Below the pieces are notes generated by a model. It saw only the letters and a list, made by a program, of their open reading frames with translations. It searched no databases and was not told the DNA's origin. This document shows, piece after piece, positions 1 to 7,377 of a stretch of 31,804 bases of DNA (positions are counted from its first letter, which is position 1; each line of letters begins with the position of its first letter). The position numbers and the translations under genes are program-made. The stretch spans positions 1 through 31,804 of IMG/VR virus record IMGVR_UViG_3300037484_001249, one strand, 5' to 3'. This DNA is from a virus. Its lineage: Duplodnaviria; Caudoviricetes.

Positions 1-207
1 CCGACGCAAGGGCCGGACTTCTACAACCGGCTCGACATGCTCTGGGCGGGGCTCTGCGCGGCGGTCTCCGCCATCGACGCGGGGGCCTGGAACGGCCGCC
101 GCACTTCACTCGGGGAATGGGTTACACCTGAGGTTACACCTCGGGTTACACCTGAGACCCCCTGGAACGAAAAGCCCCCGACATCCTTGGAGAATGTCGA
201 GGGCTAG
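1..207 (+). CDS. int: Tyrosine integrase, C-terminal fragment (5' truncated by window)
   Basis: Frame 1 is open from base 1 to TAG at 205-207 (PTQGPDFYNRLDMLWAGLCAAVSAI...). The D-x-Y...W-x-x-L-C-x-A-V pattern resembles, from memory, the catalytic-Tyr end of myxobacterial phage integrases. It ends 1 nt before the tRNA-derived att core. Not in the supplied ORF track. Confidence 0.65.
   Translation, partial: PTQGPDFYNRLDMLWAGLCAAVSAIDAGAWNGRRTSLGEWVTPEVTPRVTPETPWNEKPPTSLENVEG
120..155. repeat. Three tandem 12-bp repeats GGTTACACCT(GA/CG); probable integrase arm-type binding sites
   Basis: ggttacacctga/ggttacacctcg/ggttacacctga at 120, 132 and 144, about 55 bp from the att core. Confidence 0.75.
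166..205 (-). terminator. Intrinsic terminator directly downstream of the tRNA 3' end
   Basis: Minus strand AGCCCTCGACAT-tctccaagg-ATGTCGGGGGCT followed by TTTCGTT; 12-bp stem with one G-U pair. Confidence 0.7.
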
Positions 208-208
208 A

Positions 209-235
209 TGGAGCGGGAAAAGGGATTTGAACCCT
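209..235 (-). other. attP core: 3' 27 nt of a tRNA-Gly gene (T-arm, acceptor 3' strand, CCA)
   Basis: Minus strand AGGGTTCAAATCCCTTTTCCCGCTCCA: TTCAAAT T-loop, acceptor strand TTCCCGC, discriminator U and CCA match tRNA-Gly identity; the 5' half of the tRNA is absent. Confidence 0.85.
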
Positions 236-548
236 GGGAGGGGCACGCGGCGGGCGCGAACTTGGCCGGAAATGGCCGGTTTGCGCGGTCGGCGGTGGCC
301 GTGCCCGGTGGGGGGACGGGGTAGCAGTGGGGGAGCGGGTCGCACCGCCGCCCGAGCGCCTGGGTGCCCGCAGGAGCCCCGCCCCGCGCCCGAGAGGCAT
401 CGGAGCGCGACGAGCGCCCGATCGCCCGCCAGTGGGCCACCCAGGCGGTCGGCTCCTGCGCCATCCTCGTGCGTCCCAGGGCCATCCGCAGCCCCCGCCC
501 CCTCTCCCTTCCCCTCCCGCCGATCGCCTCTCCACGGGCATTCTGTGC

Positions 549-665
549 GTTGGGTGTATATACACAAGGCTGGGTGGGGGATTACACCCAACCCCCAACC
601 CGTGGAACGGAAACCCCAGTGATTCCGGGGCCTGGACCGTGGCATACCGCATGTATATACAGAAT
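549..665 (+). promoter_or_regulatory. AT-rich control region: 10-bp inverted repeat, two TGTATATACA palindromes and a candidate sigma70 promoter for the plus-strand operon
   Basis: gttgggtgta (549-558) / tacacccaac (583-592); GTGTATATACAC at 554-565; TGTATATACA at 652-661; TGGACC(633-638)-N17-TATACA(656-661). Confidence 0.55.
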
Positions 666-730
666 AGTGTCCGGCAACGATGCCGGGCCCCGCGCACCGG
701 GGGAACAAGGCGGTGCAGAGGACACACCAG

Positions 731-814
731 ATGACGACGAGCGAGCACGGCGGCGCCGCGTCGGTCCGCCTGACCGTCTCCCGCTCCGGCGTGTGCCTCC
801 GCGACGAGGAGTAG
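731..814 (+). CDS. Possible 27-aa micro-ORF (MTTSEHGGAASVRLTVSRSGVCLRDEE)
   Basis: GAGGA RBS-like motif upstream of the ATG; first ORF after the candidate promoter. Confidence 0.3.
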   Translation: MTTSEHGGAASVRLTVSRSGVCLRDEE

Positions 815-843
815 CTGTCCATTTTCACTACGAGGAACAGACC

Positions 844-1164
844 ATGACGACCACATGCGATGAGCGGCACCCGTCCCCCCGTATCCCCCTGGACCCAGAC
901 GAGCGGCGTCGTCTGCTGCGCTTCCCCTTCGCGGTTGTCGGCCGTTGCGAGGGGCTGGCGGTCGCGATCCTGTCGTACCACCGATCCTATCGCGCGGCGC
1001 ACGAGGCGCTCCATCGACGAGTGGACTCCGGGATGACGGCGCGTGGGTGGTGCCTCGGGCTACTCGAGGAGTGGACGGTGGGCCTTGGGCGAGAGGTGTA
1101 TTCCTCCGACGACGAGAGGAGCCGCATCGCCACGGAGCAGGCCCGCTACGGCAGGAGCGCGTAA
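844..1164 (+). CDS. Hypothetical protein (106 aa)
   Basis: GAGGA RBS before ATG 844; protein-like composition; TAA overlaps the next ATG (TAATG). Confidence 0.7.
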   Translation: MTTTCDERHPSPRIPLDPDERRRLLRFPFAVVGRCEGLAVAILSYHRSYRAAHEALHRRVDSGMTARGWCLGLLEEWTVGLGREVYSSDDERSRIATEQARYGRSA

Positions 1165-1487
1165 TGCCCCACTCCAACTGCCGCCGCTGCACGCACTACG
1201 ACCCCCCGTCGCGGTGGTGCGCGGCGCACGAACAGACGGTGATCCAGATCGGCGCCCCGTGCTCCGCCTACGACGGGCCGGAGGTCGAGGCGGACGCGCC
1301 AAGATCGCAAAGGAGCCCTAGATGCCCCACTCCCTCCACCACGTCACCCTCACCACCGGCCGCGAGCGCGCGAGCCTCCTCGACGAAGTCGGTGACGACG
1401 CGATCCGCCTGCTCGCCCCGCTGCTCCGCTCCGTCGTCGCTGGCGAGGAGGTCGAGGTCCCGCGCGTCAGGCCGCCCTGCACCCTGA
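1164..1487 (+). CDS. Small Cys-rich hypothetical protein (CRRC...WC...PC); its C-terminal half overlaps the next gene and may be non-functional run-on
   Basis: Coupled start; CxxCxHY...C...C pattern typical of small phage Zn-binding proteins; low-complexity tail after about residue 50. Confidence 0.5.
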   Translation: MPHSNCRRCTHYDPPSRWCAAHEQTVIQIGAPCSAYDGPEVEADAPRSQRSPRCPTPSTTSPSPPAASARASSTKSVTTRSACSPRCSAPSSLARRSRSRASGRPAP

Positions 1488-1888
1488 CCGGCGCGGCCGG
1501 CGGCGACTGCCTGATCCTCACCGTGTGGGGCCCGCCCGATGGCGAGCAGCTCGTGCCGCTCGCGACGGTCGGAATCGCGCGCGGGCCAGCGGAGTCGGAC
1601 AGGCTGTGGTCGCTGCTCCACGCGACGGCCGCCGGTATCGCGACGGTCACGCCGGGCGATCAGGCCCCGCCGCTCCCGTGGTGCGGAGCTCGGCTCGAGG
1701 TCGGGCTCGCCCTCTACCCGGAGGCGGCGCACTGGCTCGCCGACTTCGAGCGCTGCGCCGCGTGGACATGGATCGAGCGCGGCACCGCCTCGCCCTCCGC
1801 ACTCCACCCGCCGCCGCCATCCGCTCGCCCTGCTCGCAGTCCACCCGCGGACACGCCGCGCCGCGCGCCACGAAGGAGATCACGATGA
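1322..1888 (+). CDS. Hypothetical phage protein (188 aa)
   Basis: AAGGAG RBS, globular-looking sequence (HHVTLTTG...WLADFERCAAW), ATGA overlap with the next gene. Confidence 0.75.
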   Translation: MPHSLHHVTLTTGRERASLLDEVGDDAIRLLAPLLRSVVAGEEVEVPRVRPPCTLTGAAGGDCLILTVWGPPDGEQLVPLATVGIARGPAESDRLWSLLHATAAGIATVTPGDQAPPLPWCGARLEVGLALYPEAAHWLADFERCAAWTWIERGTASPSALHPPPPSARPARSPPADTPRRAPRRRSR

Positions 1889-2076
1889 GATCCCGCACCG
1901 CCCCGAAGCTCGGCCGCCCGCCCGACGTCGGCACGGCCCGCACCGCGATCATTCCCGCGATCCGTTGCACGCCCGACGAGCGCAAGCGGATGGTGGAGGC
2001 GGCACGGCGAGCCGGCCTCGGGCTCGGGCCGTGGCTCCGCATGTTGGGGATGCGGGAGGCGGGACAGCGGCCGTGA
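1885..2076 (+). CDS. Ribbon-helix-helix (MobC/CopG-like) DNA-binding protein, 63 aa
   Basis: AAGGAG RBS; GRP motif then IRCTPDERKRMVEAARRAGLGLGPWLR strand-helix-helix pattern. Confidence 0.75.
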   Translation: MRSRTAPKLGRPPDVGTARTAIIPAIRCTPDERKRMVEAARRAGLGLGPWLRMLGMREAGQRP

Positions 2077-2203
2077 GCCGCTGTCCCGCGGGAGACGCGC
2101 GGGAGGGTGGGGGCGTAGGGCGCTTCGCTACCTAGCTACCGCAGTTGCGCAGCCACGGCGGCAGCGATCCAGTCCGCGCCGAGCCGCTCGCCGCCCTCGC
2201 CGT

Positions 2204-2377
2204 CTACGTCGCGATCGGCTGGTCGAACAGGATTGAGCCTTCGCCGGTGTGATACTTCGAGGCGTCGGCGAGGATGACCAGCCCGTCGTACTCGTACTCG
2301 GAGACTTGGAAGGCCGCGGTCTGCGCGGCCGTCCAGGTCGCGCGCCACTTCCCCGAGGTTGCTGCGGACGAAACCGC
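2204..2377 (-). pseudogene. C-terminal remnant of a BppU-like paralog of 2569..2964
   Basis: AVSSAATSGKWRATWTAAQT...YEYDGLVILADASKYHTGEGSILF aligns by eye with the C-half of 2569..2964 (SG...AxT...ELASDSK/ILADASK...GKL/GSI); no credible start or RBS. Confidence 0.5.
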
Positions 2378-2568
2378 CCTCCGACGTCCTTGCACCGGCA
2401 CACGGCGCAGCGCCACCTCACGCGACGAAACAGGACCGCGGAACATTCCGGCGTGCACGTGCGCTGAGTCAGCGAGCGCAGCGGAGAGGGGCCGAGCCGA
2501 GCTCGCCGGCGGTTTGCCAGGTAGAGATCGCAGCCGCAGACGGCGCAGCGCCAGGGCACACGGCGAGT

Positions 2569-2964
2569 CTACGGGATCGCGACGCCGTCCGTCTTCCGGC
2601 AGGAGAGTTTGCCGACGAACGCGCAGCGATCCTTGCTGTCGCTGGCGAGTTCGTAGCGGCACTCCACCACCAGCTCCGCGGTCGCAGCCAGGCCCGACGT
2701 GTTCGCCTCCACGGCCTTGATGTCGATGACGCCACTGGGCCCATCCACGATCGCGATCTCCGAGTCGCCACCCCCCGCAGCCGTATTCCTGCGCGTGAAG
2801 TAGGGCGCCCCATTCCGCGAAGCGGTGAACACGATCTTGTCGACCGCGGTGAGAGGTAGCGCGGCCCCCGTCGCCCTGCTTGTGAGCGTGACGCGCCAGT
2901 CCTTCGCCGTGCCGATCACGATTCCGAGCGTGCCCACGTCCGCGGCGGCGTCTCTGTTCGCCAT
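2569..2964 (-). CDS. BppU N-terminal-like (baseplate upper/adaptor) beta-sandwich virion protein
   Basis: 131 aa, GAGGA RBS; 'IVDGPSGVIDIKAVEANTSGL' pattern typical of this phage adaptor family. Confidence 0.55.
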   Translation of the reverse strand: MANRDAAADVGTLGIVIGTAKDWRVTLTSRATGAALPLTAVDKIVFTASRNGAPYFTRRNTAAGGGDSEIAIVDGPSGVIDIKAVEANTSGLAATAELVVECRYELASDSKDRCAFVGKLSCRKTDGVAIP

Positions 2965-2968
2965 CTTT

Positions 2969-4147
2969 TCAATCCTCCACGACCACAGTGAGCGCCGTGC
3001 GGTCCTCGACCGTCACGGAGAGCGTGGTGCGGTCCTGCACGGTCACGGACAGCGGCTCATGTACGTACACCGACGGCGGATCGGCCTCCTCATAGACGAG
3101 TACGGGCCCCTCGCCGTCCGGGGATGCCACGTAGGATTCCGCGGGGAACGTCACGCGCGACGCAAACACCTGCCCAGCGGTGACCGCTATCGAGTGCGCG
3201 AGGCCCCCGTCCGCAAGCGCGCCCTGGGAGATTCCGTCGAGAAATGCCTCCAAGGTGAACGCCTCGGCGGCACCCGGCCCGACGCGTGCCGAGCGGTTGC
3301 CGGCTATCGTCACGCCCTTGACCGTTCCGCTTCCGGTGAACGTACGCGACCATTCCGCCGTGCAGCTCGTAGCGATCCCCACGTGCCGCTGGATCTGCGC
3401 CTGCGTCAGCACCGACGGCCACCAGGCGAGGTCGTCCAGCTCGCAGTCCTGGGGCCAGCTCCCACCGGGAGCCATCGCCCAGTACGCCTGATACGCGGAG
3501 TTCGTCGCACCCGTAGCGGTATCATGGAGGACCGTTTTCCCTGCCTCCGCGCCGTCCATGTACAGGTGGACCCCGGCGGCCGTGCGTGAGCCGTCGTAGG
3601 TCAGCGCGTAGTCGTGCCAATCACGCATCGAAGTGCTGCCCAGCGCGAACGTGAGGTCCAGGTAGTCGCTTCCGGACGTGCCGGTCACCAAATAGAAATG
3701 CAGCAGTCCGTTGCCGACGTTGTCCATGTACAGTGCTGCGCCCGGCGCGGTTGTCTTCGACCCGGCGCACGTGCTCCAGATTGCCCCGTTGGCCAGGTAG
3801 TTAGTCGGCAGGCGCACCCGCCACTCCACGGACCACGGGGACTGACAGAGGGGCGCGAAACTGCTCTGTAGCCACCCCGCACTACTCGGGCAGAAGACCC
3901 CCTTCTGTCCGTCTTGCGGCGTCGGCCCGACGTAGTAGGTGCCCACGGCCACGATCGCCGGCCCACCCATCTCGTCGGCCAGCGAGCCGTTGAGACGGTA
4001 GAAGCGCGTTGGCGCGTCCGCTACGATGCCGGCGGCGCCCAGGTGGGGCACGATGCGTCGAGGTAGGCCGCCCCCAGCCGCTACGACGGCTGCATTCGCC
4101 AGCGTCGCCTCGTCGAGCGTCCAGGGATGCAGACGGTGGACGGTCAC
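2969..4147 (-). CDS. LamG/concanavalin A-like lectin domain virion protein
   Basis: WSVEWRVR, DWHDYALTYDGS...HLYMDG, ELDDLAWWPSVLTQAQI motifs; C-terminal 10-aa repeat x3. Confidence 0.85.
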   Translation of the reverse strand: MTVHRLHPWTLDEATLANAAVVAAGGGLPRRIVPHLGAAGIVADAPTRFYRLNGSLADEMGGPAIVAVGTYYVGPTPQDGQKGVFCPSSAGWLQSSFAPLCQSPWSVEWRVRLPTNYLANGAIWSTCAGSKTTAPGAALYMDNVGNGLLHFYLVTGTSGSDYLDLTFALGSTSMRDWHDYALTYDGSRTAAGVHLYMDGAEAGKTVLHDTATGATNSAYQAYWAMAPGGSWPQDCELDDLAWWPSVLTQAQIQRHVGIATSCTAEWSRTFTGSGTVKGVTIAGNRSARVGPGAAEAFTLEAFLDGISQGALADGGLAHSIAVTAGQVFASRVTFPAESYVASPDGEGPVLVYEEADPPSVYVHEPLSVTVQDRTTLSVTVEDRTALTVVVED

Positions 4148-4659
4148 ACCGCCGCCCCGTTGACCGTCATCGTGATCACGTCGCCGGGAGCCTTGTACGC
4201 GCTCATCACGTCCAACGCCTTCGCCCGCGCAAGGACGATTTGCATGATCGCCTGGATATCCCCGTCGCTCGGCACGAAAGTCAGGGACTCATACGCGACG
4301 CCAATCCCGCCTCCGCCCAGGGCTACCTGGAACGTGCGTCGCGGCTCGACGCCGAGCGCCGCCACCCTGGCATCGAGGATCGCGCGGATGGCACCGACGT
4401 CGCCACCCGGCGATGCGTTCAGCGCGTCGGCCTCGGTCGTGAGCGCGACACTGAACGCCTTGCTCGTGTCTTGTTCCGACATGTCAGATGGGTCAGCCGC
4501 CACGGCCCTGATTAGCCCCTGGTAGCCGCGCACCTCCGCTCGCTCCAGGTCGATGACTGGTGCACCCTCGATCTGGAATCCAATCCACGACCCCATGGCG
4601 GGCTCGGGACACGGTTTCGGCGCGGAGAACATGCCGCGGATCACGAGTGGGATCGCCAT
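4144..4659 (-). CDS. Hypothetical protein (171 aa)
   Basis: Tightly packed ORF with GGAGG RBS and GTGA overlap with the LamG gene. Confidence 0.7.
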   Translation of the reverse strand: MAIPLVIRGMFSAPKPCPEPAMGSWIGFQIEGAPVIDLERAEVRGYQGLIRAVAADPSDMSEQDTSKAFSVALTTEADALNASPGGDVGAIRAILDARVAALGVEPRRTFQVALGGGGIGVAYESLTFVPSDGDIQAIMQIVLARAKALDVMSAYKAPGDVITMTVNGAAV

Positions 4660-4662
4660 GGT

Positions 4663-4935
4663 CTACCGCCCTCCTCGGCCGTCCTGCCAGCCGCCGCTGT
4701 CGCCGCGCAGAAGGACGCGGTCGAGCTTGTCCTCGATGCGCTCGAGCCGCGTGTTGAGCGACGCGAGGTCGCGCGTGTACGCGGTCTGCTGCGTCTCGAC
4801 GCGGGCCAGCCGCTCCTTGATCGGCGCGTCCTGGGCGCCGGCTGCGCGCTCGACGAAGAGGGCCGATCCGGCGGCGAGCAGCGCGAGGGCCGAGACGATG
4901 AGCGAACCCCACTGACGGATGGCTCTCATCGTCAC
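4663..4935 (-). CDS. Small membrane protein, N-terminal TM plus coiled coil (XhlA/holin-associated-like)
   Basis: WGSLIVSALALLAAGSALFV TM, then RLARVET...RLERIEDKLDRVL. Confidence 0.65.
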   Translation of the reverse strand: MTMRAIRQWGSLIVSALALLAAGSALFVERAAGAQDAPIKERLARVETQQTAYTRDLASLNTRLERIEDKLDRVLLRGDSGGWQDGRGGR

Positions 4936-5093
4936 CTCCAGAGAAACGCGGTCATGAGCGCGAACAGGAATCCGAGCCCCGCGCCGATCGCCCCCGCCAG
5001 CTCGCCGCCGACCACGGCCCCGAGCCAGGCGCCAGCGAGCAGGAGCACCGGGAAGAGGAGCCCGATCGCGAGCGTGCGCCAGGGCTCGGTCAC
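4932..5093 (-). CDS. Small 2-TM membrane protein (53 aa)
   Basis: GTG start overlaps the upstream stop; almost fully hydrophobic. Confidence 0.6.
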   Translation of the reverse strand: MTEPWRTLAIGLLFPVLLLAGAWLGAVVGGELAGAIGAGLGFLFALMTAFLWR

Positions 5094-5368
5094 GGATTCA
5101 CCCACGGCACGCGGATCGTCTGCGTCCACAGGAAGTGCCCTGCCAGAATCCCGAGCGCGAGGCCCGCGCAGAACACGGCGAGCGGCCACGTGTGGACGAA
5201 GCGTCCGATCCAGTTGCTCGCGGTGACGCCGCGCATCCGCCCCTTCGCCTGCATGTAGAGGTCCCAGATCCCGTACAGGAGCAGGGCGAGCAGGCAGAGG
5301 ATCAGGCCCGTCACGACGACGAAGCCCGCCGCCAAGTGGAGGTCCATGTTCGTGCCCGGGAGCGTCAT
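5090..5368 (-). CDS. 2-TM membrane protein (92 aa), holin-like
   Basis: ATGA overlap; two hydrophobic helices ending GILAGHFLW. Confidence 0.65.
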   Translation of the reverse strand: MTLPGTNMDLHLAAGFVVVTGLILCLLALLLYGIWDLYMQAKGRMRGVTASNWIGRFVHTWPLAVFCAGLALGILAGHFLWTQTIRVPWVNP

Positions 5369-5688
5369 CGCCGCACCCACGCCGCCACCGCGCCCGCGAC
5401 TACGGCGCCAGCAGCGAAGCCGACCACGGCGCCGGTCCAGCCGTGCGACTCGGCGACCTGCTCGGCGGCTCGGATCCGCACCTCGTAGTACCGGCGTACC
5501 TCGACGACGTACGTCCAGCCCTCGCGGTCGAGGCAGAGGCCGCCGTCCTTCGGCGCCGTCCATGTGCCCACGGGCGGCACGACGGCGAAGGACGCAGGTG
5601 GAGGAGGCCGCGGAGCTGCGTCCGCACGCGCGACCCCGACGCCCGCCAGCAGCGCCGCGGCCCCCAGGGTGAGGAGCTTCCGGAGCAT
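5365..5688 (-). CDS. Exported protein with signal peptide and C-terminal TM anchor (107 aa); spanin-like candidate
   Basis: MLRKLLTLGAAALLAGVGVARA|DA signal, Pro-rich linker, C-terminal GAVVGFAAGAVVAGAVAAWVRR. Confidence 0.6.
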   Translation of the reverse strand: MLRKLLTLGAAALLAGVGVARADAAPRPPPPASFAVVPPVGTWTAPKDGGLCLDREGWTYVVEVRRYYEVRIRAAEQVAESHGWTGAVVGFAAGAVVAGAVAAWVRR

Positions 5689-6365
5689 CACGCCACCGGC
5701 GGCTTCGACAGCGCGTCCGCTGCCTGCGCGGCCGTCGGCCCCGGCGACAGCGGCTTGTACGCCGCGTCGGTCTTCGCCGCGATCTCCGCCTTCGCGCGCG
5801 CGCCCGAGAGCACGTCCAGTACCTTCGCCAGCGACGGGCCCACACCCGGGATCCGCGCGACGAGCGGCGTCACGAGCCGCAGGAGCCGACGCGCATGCGA
5901 CCACAGGCCGCCGGTGCCACCCGCCGCGGCGAGGAACGCGGCAGCAGCCACGGGCCACGTCAGGGGGCTGCCCACGAGCACCTTCGCGAGCAGCGTGCCG
6001 ATCGCGGTGACGAAGAGGTTGAGCACCGTCCCGCCCTCGTCTGAGAGCACGAACGCGGCGAGTCGCGAGGTCGGCTGACCCTTCGCGTCCCTCGTGCCGA
6101 ACAGCTTGCGAAGCACCCAGACGCCGGCGATGACGCCCACGAAGAGGAGCCCGAACCAACGTCCCGGGCCGCTGAGCTTGAGGGCCTGGATGGCGACGTT
6201 CACGAGTTGGCCGAGGTCGTCGGGACTGGCGCCCGCCGTCTGCCCGAGCGCGAGCGCGGGAAGGACAAAGACGGCGACCACGACGATCAGTGCGAGGAGG
6301 CCGAACAGCCACGTGGAGGTCCAGAGGGAGCTGCGCTGCGGGGGACTGGGCATGTAGCGGGACAT
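5688..6365 (-). CDS. Multi-TM membrane protein, putative holin
   Basis: About 4 hydrophobic segments; directly downstream of the endolysin; AAGGAG RBS. Confidence 0.65.
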   Translation of the reverse strand: MSRYMPSPPQRSSLWTSTWLFGLLALIVVVAVFVLPALALGQTAGASPDDLGQLVNVAIQALKLSGPGRWFGLLFVGVIAGVWVLRKLFGTRDAKGQPTSRLAAFVLSDEGGTVLNLFVTAIGTLLAKVLVGSPLTWPVAAAAFLAAAGGTGGLWSHARRLLRLVTPLVARIPGVGPSLAKVLDVLSGARAKAEIAAKTDAAYKPLSPGPTAAQAADALSKPPVA

Positions 6366-6384
6366 GGGGTCTCTCCTTTGCCAG

Positions 6385-6939
6385 CTACCCGCTGGCGGGT
6401 GGGAACGTGATCGGATCGCGCCGCTCGAGCTTCGCCGCGCGCGCGAGGACGTCGCTCGAGTAGTCAGCTCTGCCGCTCGGCCCGGCCGTCGTCACTGCGT
6501 CGACGTCGGCGCCTGCGACGAGCTGCGCCGCGACCGCGCCGATGCGCGCGTTGTAGGCGGCGATCGAAGCCGCGAGGACGAGCCCGTCGGCGAGCGCCGG
6601 GAACATCGCCCGCAGGATCCGGTAGCTCGAGCGCAGATGCCGCGCGGCGAGGCGCGCCTGGCCGAGCGGCGTCGAGAGATCCACGCCCGGAATGAGCCCG
6701 CGCAGGGCCGGCTCCCAGGTTCGGAGGTCGGCCTGGAACAGACCGAACCCGTGCCCTCGGTCTCCGAACCCGAGGTGCGTGCCGCGCGGCGCGTAGCCGG
6801 GCGCCCAGCCGAAAAGCGTCTCTCGCAGGCCAACACCGCAGAGGATCGCGAGCCGTACGCCCTCCTCGGCCGCGGCCTGGCGGACGTCGGGGAGGTACGG
6901 AGCGAGGCGCTGGAGGTCGTCGCGGGGGTCGAGGGGCAT
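6385..6939 (-). CDS. Endolysin, lysozyme-like (goose-type/SLT) fold
   Basis: Catalytic-Glu motif LRET, DRGHGFGLFQAD, IAAYNA, DYSSDVLARA; GGAGG RBS. Confidence 0.85.
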   Translation of the reverse strand: MPLDPRDDLQRLAPYLPDVRQAAAEEGVRLAILCGVGLRETLFGWAPGYAPRGTHLGFGDRGHGFGLFQADLRTWEPALRGLIPGVDLSTPLGQARLAARHLRSSYRILRAMFPALADGLVLAASIAAYNARIGAVAAQLVAGADVDAVTTAGPSGRADYSSDVLARAAKLERRDPITFPPASG

Positions 6940-7032
6940 CGCCGCCTCCTTCGAGGGGTGGCGTGAACGCGCGTCCGGTGTGCCAGGTGCCGGCCGGTGA
7001 CCGGTGGCTAACGGAATGCTAGGGTCCGAACC

Positions 7033-7377
7033 ATGAGACGCACCGCGCTACTGCTGGTACTTGCCGTGTCCGGCTGCATGCCGGGCCTGATTAGCCTGCA
7101 ACGCCTGCCACGCTCCGAGAGGCGGGCGTTTCTCGCCTGCTACGATCACGTCGCGGCCGTATCGTGCCCGCGCACGACCACGAACACGCCCGTGGATCAA
7201 TGCATGGACGATCTTGCGGCGAAGTACTCGGGCCTGTCCGATGTCGACGCGCGCAAGGCCTTCCTTTTCCGGCGCGCGTGTCACGAGCAGATAGTGGGGG
7301 CCCACCTACCGGCGAAGGCAGCGGCGCCGACTACGGTGACGCCGCTGCCGGCGGCGCCGGCTACGGCCACGAAGTAG
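7033..7377 (+). CDS. Antisense-oriented lipoprotein (moron)
   Basis: MRRTALLLVLAVSG|C lipobox; four more Cys; fills the gap between the tail and lysis genes. Confidence 0.75.
   Translation: MRRTALLLVLAVSGCMPGLISLQRLPRSERRAFLACYDHVAAVSCPRTTTNTPVDQCMDDLAAKYSGLSDVDARKAFLFRRACHEQIVGAHLPAKAAAPTTVTPLPAAPATATK

Noticed and set aside
209-285. Complete tRNA gene
   Set aside because: Only the T-arm and acceptor 3' strand are present; 236-285 does not form D or anticodon arms
106-1192. Minus-strand ORFs 106..1014 and 146..1192
   Set aside because: They cross attP and the promoter region, have non-protein-like composition and are antisense to better-supported plus-strand genes
2366-2470. Hammerhead ribozyme suggested by two GACGAAAC motifs
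   Set aside because: No correctly placed CUGANGA core or flanking stems found
6969-6990. Sigma54 promoter for the endolysin (TGGCAC-N7-GC on the minus strand)
   Set aside because: GG/GC spacing fits but the TTGC element is missing; likely chance in GC-rich DNA
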